DNA from: Chloroflexota bacterium
GTDB taxonomy: Bacteria > Chloroflexota > Anaerolineae > J102
Direction: 5' to 3'
DNA length: 54,914 nucleotides
Assembly: GCA_024224665.1 (NCBI GenBank)
Contig: JAAENG010000424.1
Location: 1 to 54,914 of the forward strand
Shown in pieces: positions 19,251 through 28,405 of this stretch (position 1 is its first letter; each line of letters begins with the position of its first letter). The position numbers and the translations under genes are program-made. The notes below the pieces were generated by a model, which was not told where the DNA came from, did not search any database, and saw only the letters and a list, made by a program, of their open reading frames with translations.

Positions 19251-19303
19251 GCCGCCATGTTTGAGCAGTTAGAGTTGAAAGGAGTCGTCTTGCGGAGGAG
19301 CGT

Positions 19304-20206
19304 ATGCAGGAGCAAGTAACAGCTTATCTTGAGTACCTGGAAGTCGAGCGCGGCTATTCTCAGAATACGGTATCGGCTTACAGAAATGACCTGGGACAGT
19401 TCCAGACCCACCTGGAATCACTGGATCCGGCCACCCGTCCCCGTGGTTGGGGCAATGTCACTCGCGATCACATCGTCGGCTACATGCTAGAGATGAAGGA
19501 GCGCGAATACGCCTCGAGCACAGTGGCGCGCAAAGTGGCCGCGGTTAAATCTTTCTTTGGCTATTTAGTCGACGAAGGTTACTTGCGAAAGAATCCCGCA
19601 AATGAGCTTGAATCTCCAAAAGTGGAGAAACATCTACCTTCGGCCATTGCTCCTGACGAAATCGAACGATTGTTGGCGGCCCCTGAAGGGGATACACCAA
19701 CTGCCTATCGAGACAGAGCCTTGCTGGAGATGCTATATGCAACCGGCTTACGTGTTAGTGAGTTGGTTTCACTTGATGTAGCTGACGTCAATCTGCAGGC
19801 AGGCACAGCGCGCTGTATGGGCAAAGGGAGCAAAGAGCGTGTACTTCCTATCTACGATCATGCACTTGTCGTCGTTGACGCCTATATAACCAAGGGACGT
19901 CTGGGGTTAGTCCACAACAATCCTGAAGAACCAGCCTTATTCCTCAACCGGCGCGGCCAGAGGCTGACGCGGCAAGGGCTGTGGTTGATCATCAAACGCT
20001 ATGTCGAGAAGGTGGATATCCAGGGCAATGTCACACCTCATACCTTACGTCACTCCTTTGCCACTCACATGTTGCGAGGTGGAGCCGGACTGCGAGAGGT
20101 GCAACAAATGCTGGGGCACGCCAACATCTCTACCACCCAAGTATACACCCAAGTAACCAACGAACATCTGCGCGAAGTTTACGACGATTCACACCCACGC
20201 GCTTAA
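19304..20206 (+). CDS. xerD: Tyrosine site-specific recombinase XerD/XerC family
   Basis: N-terminal SAM-like domain (YLEYLEVERGYSQNTVSAYRNDL). Catalytic R...HTLRHSFATHML...GH...TQVYT with the terminal Tyr. Confidence 0.85.
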   Translation: MQEQVTAYLEYLEVERGYSQNTVSAYRNDLGQFQTHLESLDPATRPRGWGNVTRDHIVGYMLEMKEREYASSTVARKVAAVKSFFGYLVDEGYLRKNPANELESPKVEKHLPSAIAPDEIERLLAAPEGDTPTAYRDRALLEMLYATGLRVSELVSLDVADVNLQAGTARCMGKGSKERVLPIYDHALVVVDAYITKGRLGLVHNNPEEPALFLNRRGQRLTRQGLWLIIKRYVEKVDIQGNVTPHTLRHSFATHMLRGGAGLREVQQMLGHANISTTQVYTQVTNEHLREVYDDSHPRA

Positions 20207-20217
20207 TCCTACCATAT

Positions 20218-20263
20218 GGGGTAGCTTCAAGTCGCTGTCAATGGACTGAACGCTACCCTTTTT
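20218..20263 (+). terminator. Intrinsic terminator-like hairpin after xerD
   Basis: GGGTAGC ... GCTACCC stem with an imperfect inner extension, followed by TTTTT. Confidence 0.5.
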
Positions 20264-20280
20264 GATGAAATAGACTGCCA

Positions 20281-21135
20281 GTGAACCAACAGTTTTCTCG
20301 CCAAGATTATAATGATTCTGCCGCCGCCATCGGGCAACAGACCAGACATCTTCCCAAGGTGGCGTTAGTATTGGGGTCGGGTTTCAGCGACCTGGCCGAT
20401 GCCATCGAAGACGCCGACATCCTGCCTTACGAAACTATCCCCAATTTTCCGCATTCCTCTGTGGAGGGTCATCAGGGTCGACTTGTGGTTGGGAGCCTGG
20501 AGGGCCAATCTGTGTTGGCCATGCAGGGGCGGGTGCACTTCTACGAGGGGTCGAGACTCGAGCAAATTACCTTCCCCATTCGCGCCATGCGGGTATTGGG
20601 TATTGAGACCCTTATTCTCAGTAATGCCGCCGGGGGACTCAATCCAGCTTTCCAGCCAGGGGAACTGATGCTGATCGAAGATCAGATCAATCTTTTGGGC
20701 ATGGTCGGAAACAATCCCCTCATAGGACCCAATGACCCCGACTGGGGTCCACGATTCCCTGATATGTCGGCTTTATATGATCGGGGCTTGCGTAAGTTGG
20801 CACTCTCTGTTGCGACTGAAATGGATATGGTACTGCATCGTGGCGTCTACGTTGGCCTCTCTGGGCCGGCATTTGAAACCCCCGCCGAGGTACGATTTCT
20901 ACGGTTGCTGGGTGGGGATGCTACGGGGATGAGCACGACCAACGAGGCTCTGGTTGCGCGCCATTGTGGTATGCGTGTTCTGGGCTTTTCCGGGATATCC
21001 AATAGCGCCATCGATACCGTCGATAGTGACCGTGAGACGACGTATGAAGAGGTCTTGGAAGCGGGTAAACTCCTTGTGCCCCGGTTGACAGCGCTGTTGC
21101 GGGGTATACTGGTTCGTTGGGACGACGTGACGTGA
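20281..21135 (+). CDS. punA: Purine nucleoside phosphorylase (trimeric PNP/PunA type)
   Basis: VLGSGFS, SSVEGHQGRLVVG, MQGRVHFYEG, SNAAGGLN, GPRFPDMS, GMSTTNE. GTG start. Confidence 0.85.
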   Translation: MNQQFSRQDYNDSAAAIGQQTRHLPKVALVLGSGFSDLADAIEDADILPYETIPNFPHSSVEGHQGRLVVGSLEGQSVLAMQGRVHFYEGSRLEQITFPIRAMRVLGIETLILSNAAGGLNPAFQPGELMLIEDQINLLGMVGNNPLIGPNDPDWGPRFPDMSALYDRGLRKLALSVATEMDMVLHRGVYVGLSGPAFETPAEVRFLRLLGGDATGMSTTNEALVARHCGMRVLGFSGISNSAIDTVDSDRETTYEEVLEAGKLLVPRLTALLRGILVRWDDVT

Positions 21136-21860
21136 CAGTTTTTTTACAGTTTATAGCCGATAACAGCCAATACGTTTATGCATTGGCCGGTCTGGTGGCG
21201 CTATTCTACTTGCGTCGCGCTATCGTTGCGCGACGTGAACGCCGGTCAGCGATCTTCCCCTTAGAGCGAGAAGTGGCGATGGGGCGCATTTATCGGACAT
21301 TTGGTGTTGCAGTGCTTTTGTTGATCATTATCGCCAGCACTTGGGCTGCCGGGAATCTTCTGTTACCACAATTAGCAAAAATAGAGGGGATCACGATGCC
21401 TCAGCCTGATGATATTCTTGTCCTGATCGATACGCCCACACCAACATTGCCGGCTCCTACAGCGACACCGACGGCGACACCAACTGTGAGAGCTCGTCCG
21501 ACGCGTATACCACCCACCGTACAGGTCTCGAAACCGACCCCGGCAGTGATCCCACCCTTCTGCCCGATCCCGGGCGTAGACATTTCCAGCCCAGGTGATG
21601 GGCAGGCAGTGGCAGGGCAAGTTGCCGTCATCGGCACAGCGAACATCGAGGGATATCAGTTTTATAAACTGGAGTGGGCTGCAGACGCAAATCCCGGTGT
21701 CTGGAACTGGTTTGCCGGTGGCGAGCATCCTGCAGTTGGCGCTGTTTTGGGCACGTTCTCTGCCGATTTGCCATCGGGCCGGTATTCAATTCGACTGGTT
21801 GTGGTCGATATCACAGGTAATTACCCCGAACCTTGCATCGTCCACGTAAACGTGCCCTGA
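21132..21860 (+). CDS. Membrane-anchored hypothetical protein with a Pro/Thr-rich linker and a C-terminal beta-rich domain
   Basis: One TM segment (FGVAVLLLIIIASTWAAG) and a TPTPTLPAPTATPTATPT linker. The GTGA overlap with the punA stop favours a start at 21132; the ORF opens at 21117. Confidence 0.55.
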   Translation: MTVFLQFIADNSQYVYALAGLVALFYLRRAIVARRERRSAIFPLEREVAMGRIYRTFGVAVLLLIIIASTWAAGNLLLPQLAKIEGITMPQPDDILVLIDTPTPTLPAPTATPTATPTVRARPTRIPPTVQVSKPTPAVIPPFCPIPGVDISSPGDGQAVAGQVAVIGTANIEGYQFYKLEWAADANPGVWNWFAGGEHPAVGAVLGTFSADLPSGRYSIRLVVVDITGNYPEPCIVHVNVP

Positions 21861-21864
21861 TCCC

Positions 21865-24816
21865 ATGGCTCCACGAGTCGTTCGCCAGATATTTGGGGTG
21901 ATAACGTTGTTGATTCTGCTGAGTTCGGTGTCGGTGTGGGCTGATGAGGAGGATGTGACGTGGGGTGCGATGGGCGGCCCGGTTGCATTTGTCACGCATG
22001 TTGCAGCTGATGCGGAGTCGCCAGATTTTGTAATGATATTTTTAGCATTGGCTGTGCAACGCAACAATGATCGCACACAAACTAGCTCGGGCAGTTTGCA
22101 GCGCAGTTGGTCCCCTTATTTTAGCATGGATGGTGGCGCCACTTGGCAACCTGCCAGCAACGACCTGGCTCATGTAGAGCCGACCGTACTCGAAATCACT
22201 AAAGGCGAAGTAAACAACACCATCTGGGTTGGAACCAGCGCTCATGGGCTGTGGCGGAGCGAAAACAATGGTCGAACCTGGCGTCCTGTCCCTATAAGTG
22301 TTTTGGACAACCAGCGGATTGTAGCGCTTACCATGGATGTTCGTGGCCGTTTGCATTTGCTCACACTTGAGAACGCATCATTTCCGAGTTCGTACCTCTA
22401 TACCAGTACAGATAATGGTTACAATTGGAGCCATCGCATCGTCCAAAGCTACACGAGCAACCCCGCCACGCTGGTAACAGACCTGATTGCAGATCCCTTT
22501 GACGTGAATCAGTTCTACGCGCCCACTTTTGGAGGGTTACTGGTGACTGAAGACGCCGGGTTTACCTGGCAACAGTCATCTATCACTTTGCCTGAATCTG
22601 TCTTTGCCGGTAAAGAAACCGTATTGGCCGTAGATCCAACTCAGCGGGGGCGTCTGTACTTGCTGATGCGTAGCACGACAGCCGAGGAAGGTGAACTGCT
22701 AACTGTGTATCGTTCCTTGGACAGCGCCCAAACCTGGGAGACACTTTCTGCCGAATTCACGTTCCCCTCAAGCAGCAACCGCAGCGCCAGTCTGCGCCCA
22801 CTAAAATTGCAGCAGGACCCACTCAACCGACGTCAATTGTTTCTTGCCACGAGCAACGGTTTATGGTTGTCGAACGATTCCGGGCTGACTTGGCGCCTCG
22901 CCGGCACGGCACTATCAGGCGTCTCTATGAGTGATTTTGTTATCAGTTCTCGACAGCGCGGGCGATGGATCACAGCCGGTGCAGGCGGGATGTGGCAGAC
23001 TGCAAATGGGGGGAGCCAATGGCGGTCGCTTGCGAATGGCCTGCCTCCTGCCAGCAACGTCAGTGATCTCGCCGTCACTGCAGGTACAGGTAATACGCTC
23101 TTGGCGTTGAGCGGTGGTGACATGCCTATCGATTCTGGGCGCCATCCCGTGTGGCGCAGTGACGATGGTGGGCAAACCTGGTTTCCCGTTATGCGCGGGC
23201 TCGAGGATATCAATTTGCTTGATCTGGTCCCCCATCCCTTGGATGCAAATGTCATCTACGGGCGCAGCGCCACGGGTGTCGCCCGTACCGACGATAAGGG
23301 GCGTTCATGGCAATACTTCCCCCTATCATTTAACCCAACAAGTCTGGTAGTCGGGCAGCAAGATCATGTATTCGCCGGCAGTCGTGAGGGTGTGTGGCGA
23401 TCAACCAACAAGGGTGGTTCTTGGAAGCCGACATCCCTCGAAGATCCCATTCAGGCCCTGGCAGTGGCAGCAAATGGGGATGTGTTGGCGATTGCTACTT
23501 CTGATACAGGTATTGGACAGGTGTGGCGGTCCGAAGACGCCGGTCTAGCATGGTATGCACAAGGTGTCATCCCTGAAGGGGATGTCAATCTTTTTGTTGC
23601 GCATCCCAGATCGAGTAATGTTGTTGCGCTTACCTTGCAATGGGCAGGGCTTTATGTCTCTAACGATGGCGGCCAAACATGGGCGCGTCGTGATACCGGT
23701 ATTCCTTCCGGTACACGGTGGCAGGGGGCCATCCCTCAGACGCCTGACGGTCCAAACCTCATCGATCTATTTATCGATCCCACAGACCCCTCTGCATGGT
23801 GGGCGAGTAGAGATGGTGGGGGTATCTATCGTAGTACGGATTCCGGCCAAAGCTGGACCGACGCCAGCGCCGATCTGGGCGATCATTTGATCCAGCGCTT
23901 CGCCCGTAGCAAAGATCGGCTGATCGCCGGATCCAGCAATCTCGGCTTGCTCGAACGTATGCCCATTGCTAACTCGCAAGAGCCACCTGCCGAAGTCGAT
24001 GTTCGCATAGAGATCCTTTGGCCACATGACTTTGCTTCCGTCGATCGTGCGGAAAAGGCCAATATGGGTCTTCGTGTCTACAAAGCTCGTAACCAGGAAC
24101 CCCCACCTTGTGCCTGGACCCCTACCGTTGAGGTATGGATTGCACGTGATGCCGAGCCGTTGCGACGTCTTGGCCCTGCCGAACAACGCTCTGTTGAAGA
24201 GCATCCCTTTCCTTTTTGGGAGTCAAACGACATCGACGTGACATGGGCCAACGATGCCGATCACAAATTGATTTTTTTGGCACGTGTCTCTCCCACTTTG
24301 GCACAGAGCCAGTCCAGCCCCTGGATTCATGCTGCCGACGCTCGTACCTACCTGCCGGAACCCCCTCAGCCCACTGATATAACTTCGACAAAGCCTGAAG
24401 CTATCGATGCCCTGATCCGTGTCGTATGGCCACATGATCAACGAGGTCGTTTCGAGACTCCCGATCGGGCGAATCTGGTGAATATCAGCGCGGTTCTGGT
24501 AGCTCAAGATACCTTGTTGGCCTTGGCGCCAGACTATCTCCCTGAGCGCGTCTGGCTGATCGGATCACTAGACAATCAGGTGGGACGACGTCTGGCCGTT
24601 GGGGAACCACAGGTCATCCGCTCGGGAAACGTCGAATACACCACATTCGAATTCAATGATATCGATGTCAGCCTGGCCCGAGACGCTAAACATCATTGGA
24701 CATTTTGGCTGGAAGTACCCGAGATGAAGGCGTCAACCAATGTTTGGGTCCATGGCATCGATAGCCGCACTCATGCGCCCGAACTGCTAGAGCCAATTGT
24801 CGGTTGCCGACCTTGA
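21865..24816 (+). CDS. Secreted BNR/Asp-box repeat beta-propeller protein with a duplicated C-terminal domain
   Basis: Signal peptide. At least 13 Asp-box-like SxDxGxTW motifs (SMDGGATW, SENNGRTW, SDDGGQTW, SNDGGQTW, STDSGQSW and others). Two homologous ~125-aa C-terminal repeats. Confidence 0.7.
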   Translation: MAPRVVRQIFGVITLLILLSSVSVWADEEDVTWGAMGGPVAFVTHVAADAESPDFVMIFLALAVQRNNDRTQTSSGSLQRSWSPYFSMDGGATWQPASNDLAHVEPTVLEITKGEVNNTIWVGTSAHGLWRSENNGRTWRPVPISVLDNQRIVALTMDVRGRLHLLTLENASFPSSYLYTSTDNGYNWSHRIVQSYTSNPATLVTDLIADPFDVNQFYAPTFGGLLVTEDAGFTWQQSSITLPESVFAGKETVLAVDPTQRGRLYLLMRSTTAEEGELLTVYRSLDSAQTWETLSAEFTFPSSSNRSASLRPLKLQQDPLNRRQLFLATSNGLWLSNDSGLTWRLAGTALSGVSMSDFVISSRQRGRWITAGAGGMWQTANGGSQWRSLANGLPPASNVSDLAVTAGTGNTLLALSGGDMPIDSGRHPVWRSDDGGQTWFPVMRGLEDINLLDLVPHPLDANVIYGRSATGVARTDDKGRSWQYFPLSFNPTSLVVGQQDHVFAGSREGVWRSTNKGGSWKPTSLEDPIQALAVAANGDVLAIATSDTGIGQVWRSEDAGLAWYAQGVIPEGDVNLFVAHPRSSNVVALTLQWAGLYVSNDGGQTWARRDTGIPSGTRWQGAIPQTPDGPNLIDLFIDPTDPSAWWASRDGGGIYRSTDSGQSWTDASADLGDHLIQRFARSKDRLIAGSSNLGLLERMPIANSQEPPAEVDVRIEILWPHDFASVDRAEKANMGLRVYKARNQEPPPCAWTPTVEVWIARDAEPLRRLGPAEQRSVEEHPFPFWESNDIDVTWANDADHKLIFLARVSPTLAQSQSSPWIHAADARTYLPEPPQPTDITSTKPEAIDALIRVVWPHDQRGRFETPDRANLVNISAVLVAQDTLLALAPDYLPERVWLIGSLDNQVGRRLAVGEPQVIRSGNVEYTTFEFNDIDVSLARDAKHHWTFWLEVPEMKASTNVWVHGIDSRTHAPELLEPIVGCRP

Positions 24817-24819
24817 GTT

Positions 24820-25539
24820 ATGACACCTAGTTCATTGCTTCTCTCCGGCGCTGTTATTTTGACCGCCTTGCTTGCGATCGTCTGGTGGCTCCGTCACAGC
24901 CTGCGAGGACTTGACCGGGTGATTGCAGCCATTCCCCTGGCGTTTGCGATCAGCTATCTTTCCAGTTTTTTGTTTCGAGCGCCTGACTACCAGGCTGGCT
25001 GTGAAGGTATCTGCCCAGGCTGGTGGGGTTATCCTCTTGCCACGCACGTGAATGATGGCATCGGTACCCCCAAATTCGCTCCTGCTGGATTTATTTTGAA
25101 TGCGGGAATCTATTACACTGCAATTTTGGTATTTAGTGCTATCATTGTGTTGCTGGCCGAATGGTTGCACTGGAGTGAACGGCGCCGACGTTGGCGCATC
25201 GGTTTTGTGCTTGCTGCCGTACTCGTGCCCCTGGCCCTATTACCAACGTTTGCGCCGGCCCGCCAACCTCAACTCAGCGGCACGTATCAACGCCTTGCCA
25301 TCAATGCCGAAAGAGCCTGGCGTTGGCAATTGCAATCCAATCGATTTAGTGATCGCCGTCTGGTAGTCGAAGATGTTCGTCTTCATCCTAACGGAGAACT
25401 ACACCGCATCTGCTTCCGAGCTTATACCTGGTTCTACCTACCTCATGATAAAATCTATGTGGATCTGGAACCGACCGGCGTTCGTGCAGCCGGTGGAGGC
25501 GTGATCCCTCTCTCCGAATCATGCTGGGTCCAGCCCTGA
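24820..25539 (+). CDS. Hypothetical integral membrane protein
   Basis: Several hydrophobic segments. Tightly packed between operon neighbours. I recognised no motif. Confidence 0.5.
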   Translation: MTPSSLLLSGAVILTALLAIVWWLRHSLRGLDRVIAAIPLAFAISYLSSFLFRAPDYQAGCEGICPGWWGYPLATHVNDGIGTPKFAPAGFILNAGIYYTAILVFSAIIVLLAEWLHWSERRRRWRIGFVLAAVLVPLALLPTFAPARQPQLSGTYQRLAINAERAWRWQLQSNRFSDRRLVVEDVRLHPNGELHRICFRAYTWFYLPHDKIYVDLEPTGVRAAGGGVIPLSESCWVQP

Positions 25540-25592
25540 GTATTCAGAACGCATCCCATTTACAATCAGGTAACCACTTTCCTCCTAATCTC

Positions 25593-27647
25593 ATGACATC
25601 ATCTCAAAACAACTCATCCTCTCGGACCATTCTCATCATTGGGGCAATCGCACTGGTGGTGCTTGCTTGCTGTTGTCTGTTCTTGATGACCGCCGCCGGT
25701 TTTTTCCTCATCACCAACGTTGGCTACATTGAGACATCAATCAACGAGTCCCTACCGGCCACTGTCGAACCTGTTCGGCCCACTCCCTTACCCCGACCCA
25801 CACCGACGCCTCGAGAATCTTACGAAGGGTCGTCTCAGAACCTTGACACTGAGACCCTCCTTCGTGAAGCTCTGGTGCCCAGCAACGACCCGCGCGATCT
25901 GGCGATGCGGTTGAAGCCGGAACTGGGCGATATCCCTCTGGTTGTCAATGATACGCCGCCTCACTTTGAAGTGGGGGATGTGATCAGTTTTTGGGTAGGA
26001 AACGGCGATAACGATGAGAACTGGCAAATAGACGCCGAACTGCTGGTCAAGAGCGATCATCTTTATATGTGGGGCGAGGTCGGAACCAAACTAAACACTG
26101 ATGATCTACGCCGTTCGGCCGAATTTTTTGATACGGAAATCTATCCCACCAACCGTGCGTTTTTCGGCAGCGAGTGGTCACCTGGCATCGACAATGACCC
26201 CAGGCTACATGTCCTGCATGCCACGGGAATTGGCGATACCGTTGCCGGTTATTTTTCGACAGCGGATGAGGCATCCAGCCTGATCAACCCCTTCTCTAAC
26301 GAAAAGGAGATGTTTTACATCAATGTCGATAATACTGACATTGGTTCTACTTTCTACAATGGCGTCCTGGCCCACGAGTTTCAGCACATGATACATTGGA
26401 ACCAGGATTTGAATGAGAGTACATGGATGGACGAGGGTGCAGCCGAGTTGGCTATGCAGCTCAATGGGCTGGGACGTTCTGACGACAGTTATCGTCCAGA
26501 GGATTTGTTCGCTGACGACCCCGATGTCCAACTCAATTCTTGGCCCGATTCTGACGATACGTACGTACACTACGGTGTCTCTTTCCTTTTCCTCAATTAT
26601 TTTCTGGGACGTTTTGGTGAAGAGGTCACTCAAGCATTGATCGCTGAACCTGCCAATTCGGTCGAAGCCCTTGACAATGTTTTGCAGCAATTCAATCTTG
26701 GACTCAGCGTTGATGAACTATTCGCCGACTGGCTGGTGGCAAATTGGCTGGACGACCCCTCGTTGGCTGATGGTCGTTGGGGATATACATTATACGATCC
26801 CGCCGATTGGACGACATCCGAACACCATCGCCGTTTACCGGCCGAGGGTAGTGGCGTAGTCCACCAATACGCAGCTGACTACATTACGGTGGATGCAAAA
26901 GGCGATGTCAACATCACATTTTCAGGCCAGCCAACCAACAAATTGGCTGCCACCGACGCCTACAGCGGCGACTGGGCATTTTGGAGTAATCGAGTCAATG
27001 TCTCTGACACGCGATTGACAATGCCGGTTGATCTTTCAGATATCGATACAGCTACGCTACGCTACCAAACCTGGTATGATATCGAAGAGCTTTGGGACTA
27101 CGCCTATGTTGAGGTTAGTACAGATGGTGGAGATACCTGGACGATGTTGGAGACAAATCGTACAACCGAAGACAATCCCAACGGCACTGGCTACGGCATC
27201 GGCTACACGGGCCAAAGCGGCCAGGAGAGCGCCGAGTGGGTGCAAGAGGAAGTTGACCTCAGTGATTACGCCGGCCAACCGATTCTTATCCGTTTTGAAT
27301 ATGTAACCGACACCGCGGTAACACAGCCCGGTATGTTTATCGATGATGTAGAGATCCCTGAACTCGGCTATCTCGAAGATTTCGAGCAGGGTCCCGGCGA
27401 CTGGCAATCTGAAGGTTGGTTGCTGACAAACAACCTACTGCAACAGCGCTGGGTTGTTCAGGTCATTGAAGCAAAAGCGGATGGCTCGGTCGTCATCCAC
27501 CAAGTACCTGTAGGCGCCGATGGCCAAGGTAGCTTGCGATTGACAGGTGTCGATAACCGTGAAGATTTGGTGCTCGTTATCTCTGCGCTGGCCCCTGTCA
27601 CCGTCGAAACTGCCGAGTACCAGTATTCCCTCTCCCAAGAACGCTAA
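25593..27647 (+). CDS. Membrane-anchored HExxH zinc metallopeptidase (clan MA; M30/M6-like)
   Basis: N-terminal anchor (ILIIGAIALVVLACCCLFLM) and a Pro-rich linker. HEFQHMIHW at nt 26373-26387, followed by WMDEGAAE. Confidence 0.7.
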   Translation: MTSSQNNSSSRTILIIGAIALVVLACCCLFLMTAAGFFLITNVGYIETSINESLPATVEPVRPTPLPRPTPTPRESYEGSSQNLDTETLLREALVPSNDPRDLAMRLKPELGDIPLVVNDTPPHFEVGDVISFWVGNGDNDENWQIDAELLVKSDHLYMWGEVGTKLNTDDLRRSAEFFDTEIYPTNRAFFGSEWSPGIDNDPRLHVLHATGIGDTVAGYFSTADEASSLINPFSNEKEMFYINVDNTDIGSTFYNGVLAHEFQHMIHWNQDLNESTWMDEGAAELAMQLNGLGRSDDSYRPEDLFADDPDVQLNSWPDSDDTYVHYGVSFLFLNYFLGRFGEEVTQALIAEPANSVEALDNVLQQFNLGLSVDELFADWLVANWLDDPSLADGRWGYTLYDPADWTTSEHHRRLPAEGSGVVHQYAADYITVDAKGDVNITFSGQPTNKLAATDAYSGDWAFWSNRVNVSDTRLTMPVDLSDIDTATLRYQTWYDIEELWDYAYVEVSTDGGDTWTMLETNRTTEDNPNGTGYGIGYTGQSGQESAEWVQEEVDLSDYAGQPILIRFEYVTDTAVTQPGMFIDDVEIPELGYLEDFEQGPGDWQSEGWLLTNNLLQQRWVVQVIEAKADGSVVIHQVPVGADGQGSLRLTGVDNREDLVLVISALAPVTVETAEYQYSLSQER

Positions 27648-27686
27648 CCAAATCTCCACCGGGTTCAACTCTCACCTCTGATCTCT

Positions 27687-28382
27687 ATGCCCATCCTCTT
27701 CGCTCTCGGCTTGCTGACTCTGTTAGGCTTTATGTCCTTTGCGACCTACCGCACTGGGCAATTGTTGAAAGAGTGGGAACCGGAAGAGAACCTTCTATTA
27801 TTACCCACCGAGAACGTAGTGAGATTGGGCTTGATAGCTGTCAGTGTCGGCTTGGGGTTTCTAAGTGGTGTGGGGCCAGAAACCTTGGGGTGGATACCGG
27901 CAGACCCGATTGGCGATATATTCCTGGGTGTGGGCGTGGGCGTGGCGGTATCCCTCATTCTATTTTTCCCTTCACAGTGGGTGCGCCGGCGCCGGCCTCA
28001 GTTGTACTCTGATGTCGTCATGCGCAGCATCCGCCCACGTTCGCGCAGCCAGTGGCCCTGGGTGATCCTGGCATTGATCCCGGTTGCCGTGCTTGAAGAG
28101 TTACTATTTCGTTCTTTGCTGCTGGGGGGATTCTCTCCGTATGTAAACGTTCTCTTTTTTGCCATCGCCGCTTCGATATTTTTTGGACTACTGCATCTAC
28201 CACAAGGGGAATGGGGCGTGGTAGCAGTGACCCTGGTAGGGCTGGCATTTAGCGCCTTGTTTCTGTGGAGAGGGAGCCTGCTTCTAGTAGTGGTCGCACA
28301 CTGGGTGGCCAATATCTTACAATTGATTCAAGCGGAGTGGTTTGCGAGTCGCGATCAGAGCGAAATGCAAGGCGCTGACTGA
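27687..28382 (+). CDS. CPBP-family intramembrane glutamic protease (CAAX protease / Abi-like)
   Basis: Motifs EELLFRSLL, FGLLH and VAHWVANI in a multi-TM protein. Confidence 0.8.
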   Translation: MPILFALGLLTLLGFMSFATYRTGQLLKEWEPEENLLLLPTENVVRLGLIAVSVGLGFLSGVGPETLGWIPADPIGDIFLGVGVGVAVSLILFFPSQWVRRRRPQLYSDVVMRSIRPRSRSQWPWVILALIPVAVLEELLFRSLLLGGFSPYVNVLFFAIAASIFFGLLHLPQGEWGVVAVTLVGLAFSALFLWRGSLLLVVVAHWVANILQLIQAEWFASRDQSEMQGAD

Positions 28383-28405
28383 GCGGCATTCGGCTCACAT
28401 TGCTG

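Noticed and set aside
19211-19260. Possible Xer dif site next to xerD (ATATTATGC direct repeats and a GGCGGCATAA-like arm).
   Set aside because: I could not fit an 11-6-11 architecture with a CATAA arm opposed to a TTATG arm. The AT-rich repeats are better explained as the xerD promoter (-35 and -10).
21420-21540. Apparent DNA repeats (ACACCAAC / ACAGCGACACCGACGGCGACACC).
   Set aside because: This is low-complexity coding sequence for a Pro/Thr linker (TPTPTLPAPTATPTATPT), not an independent tandem-repeat element.
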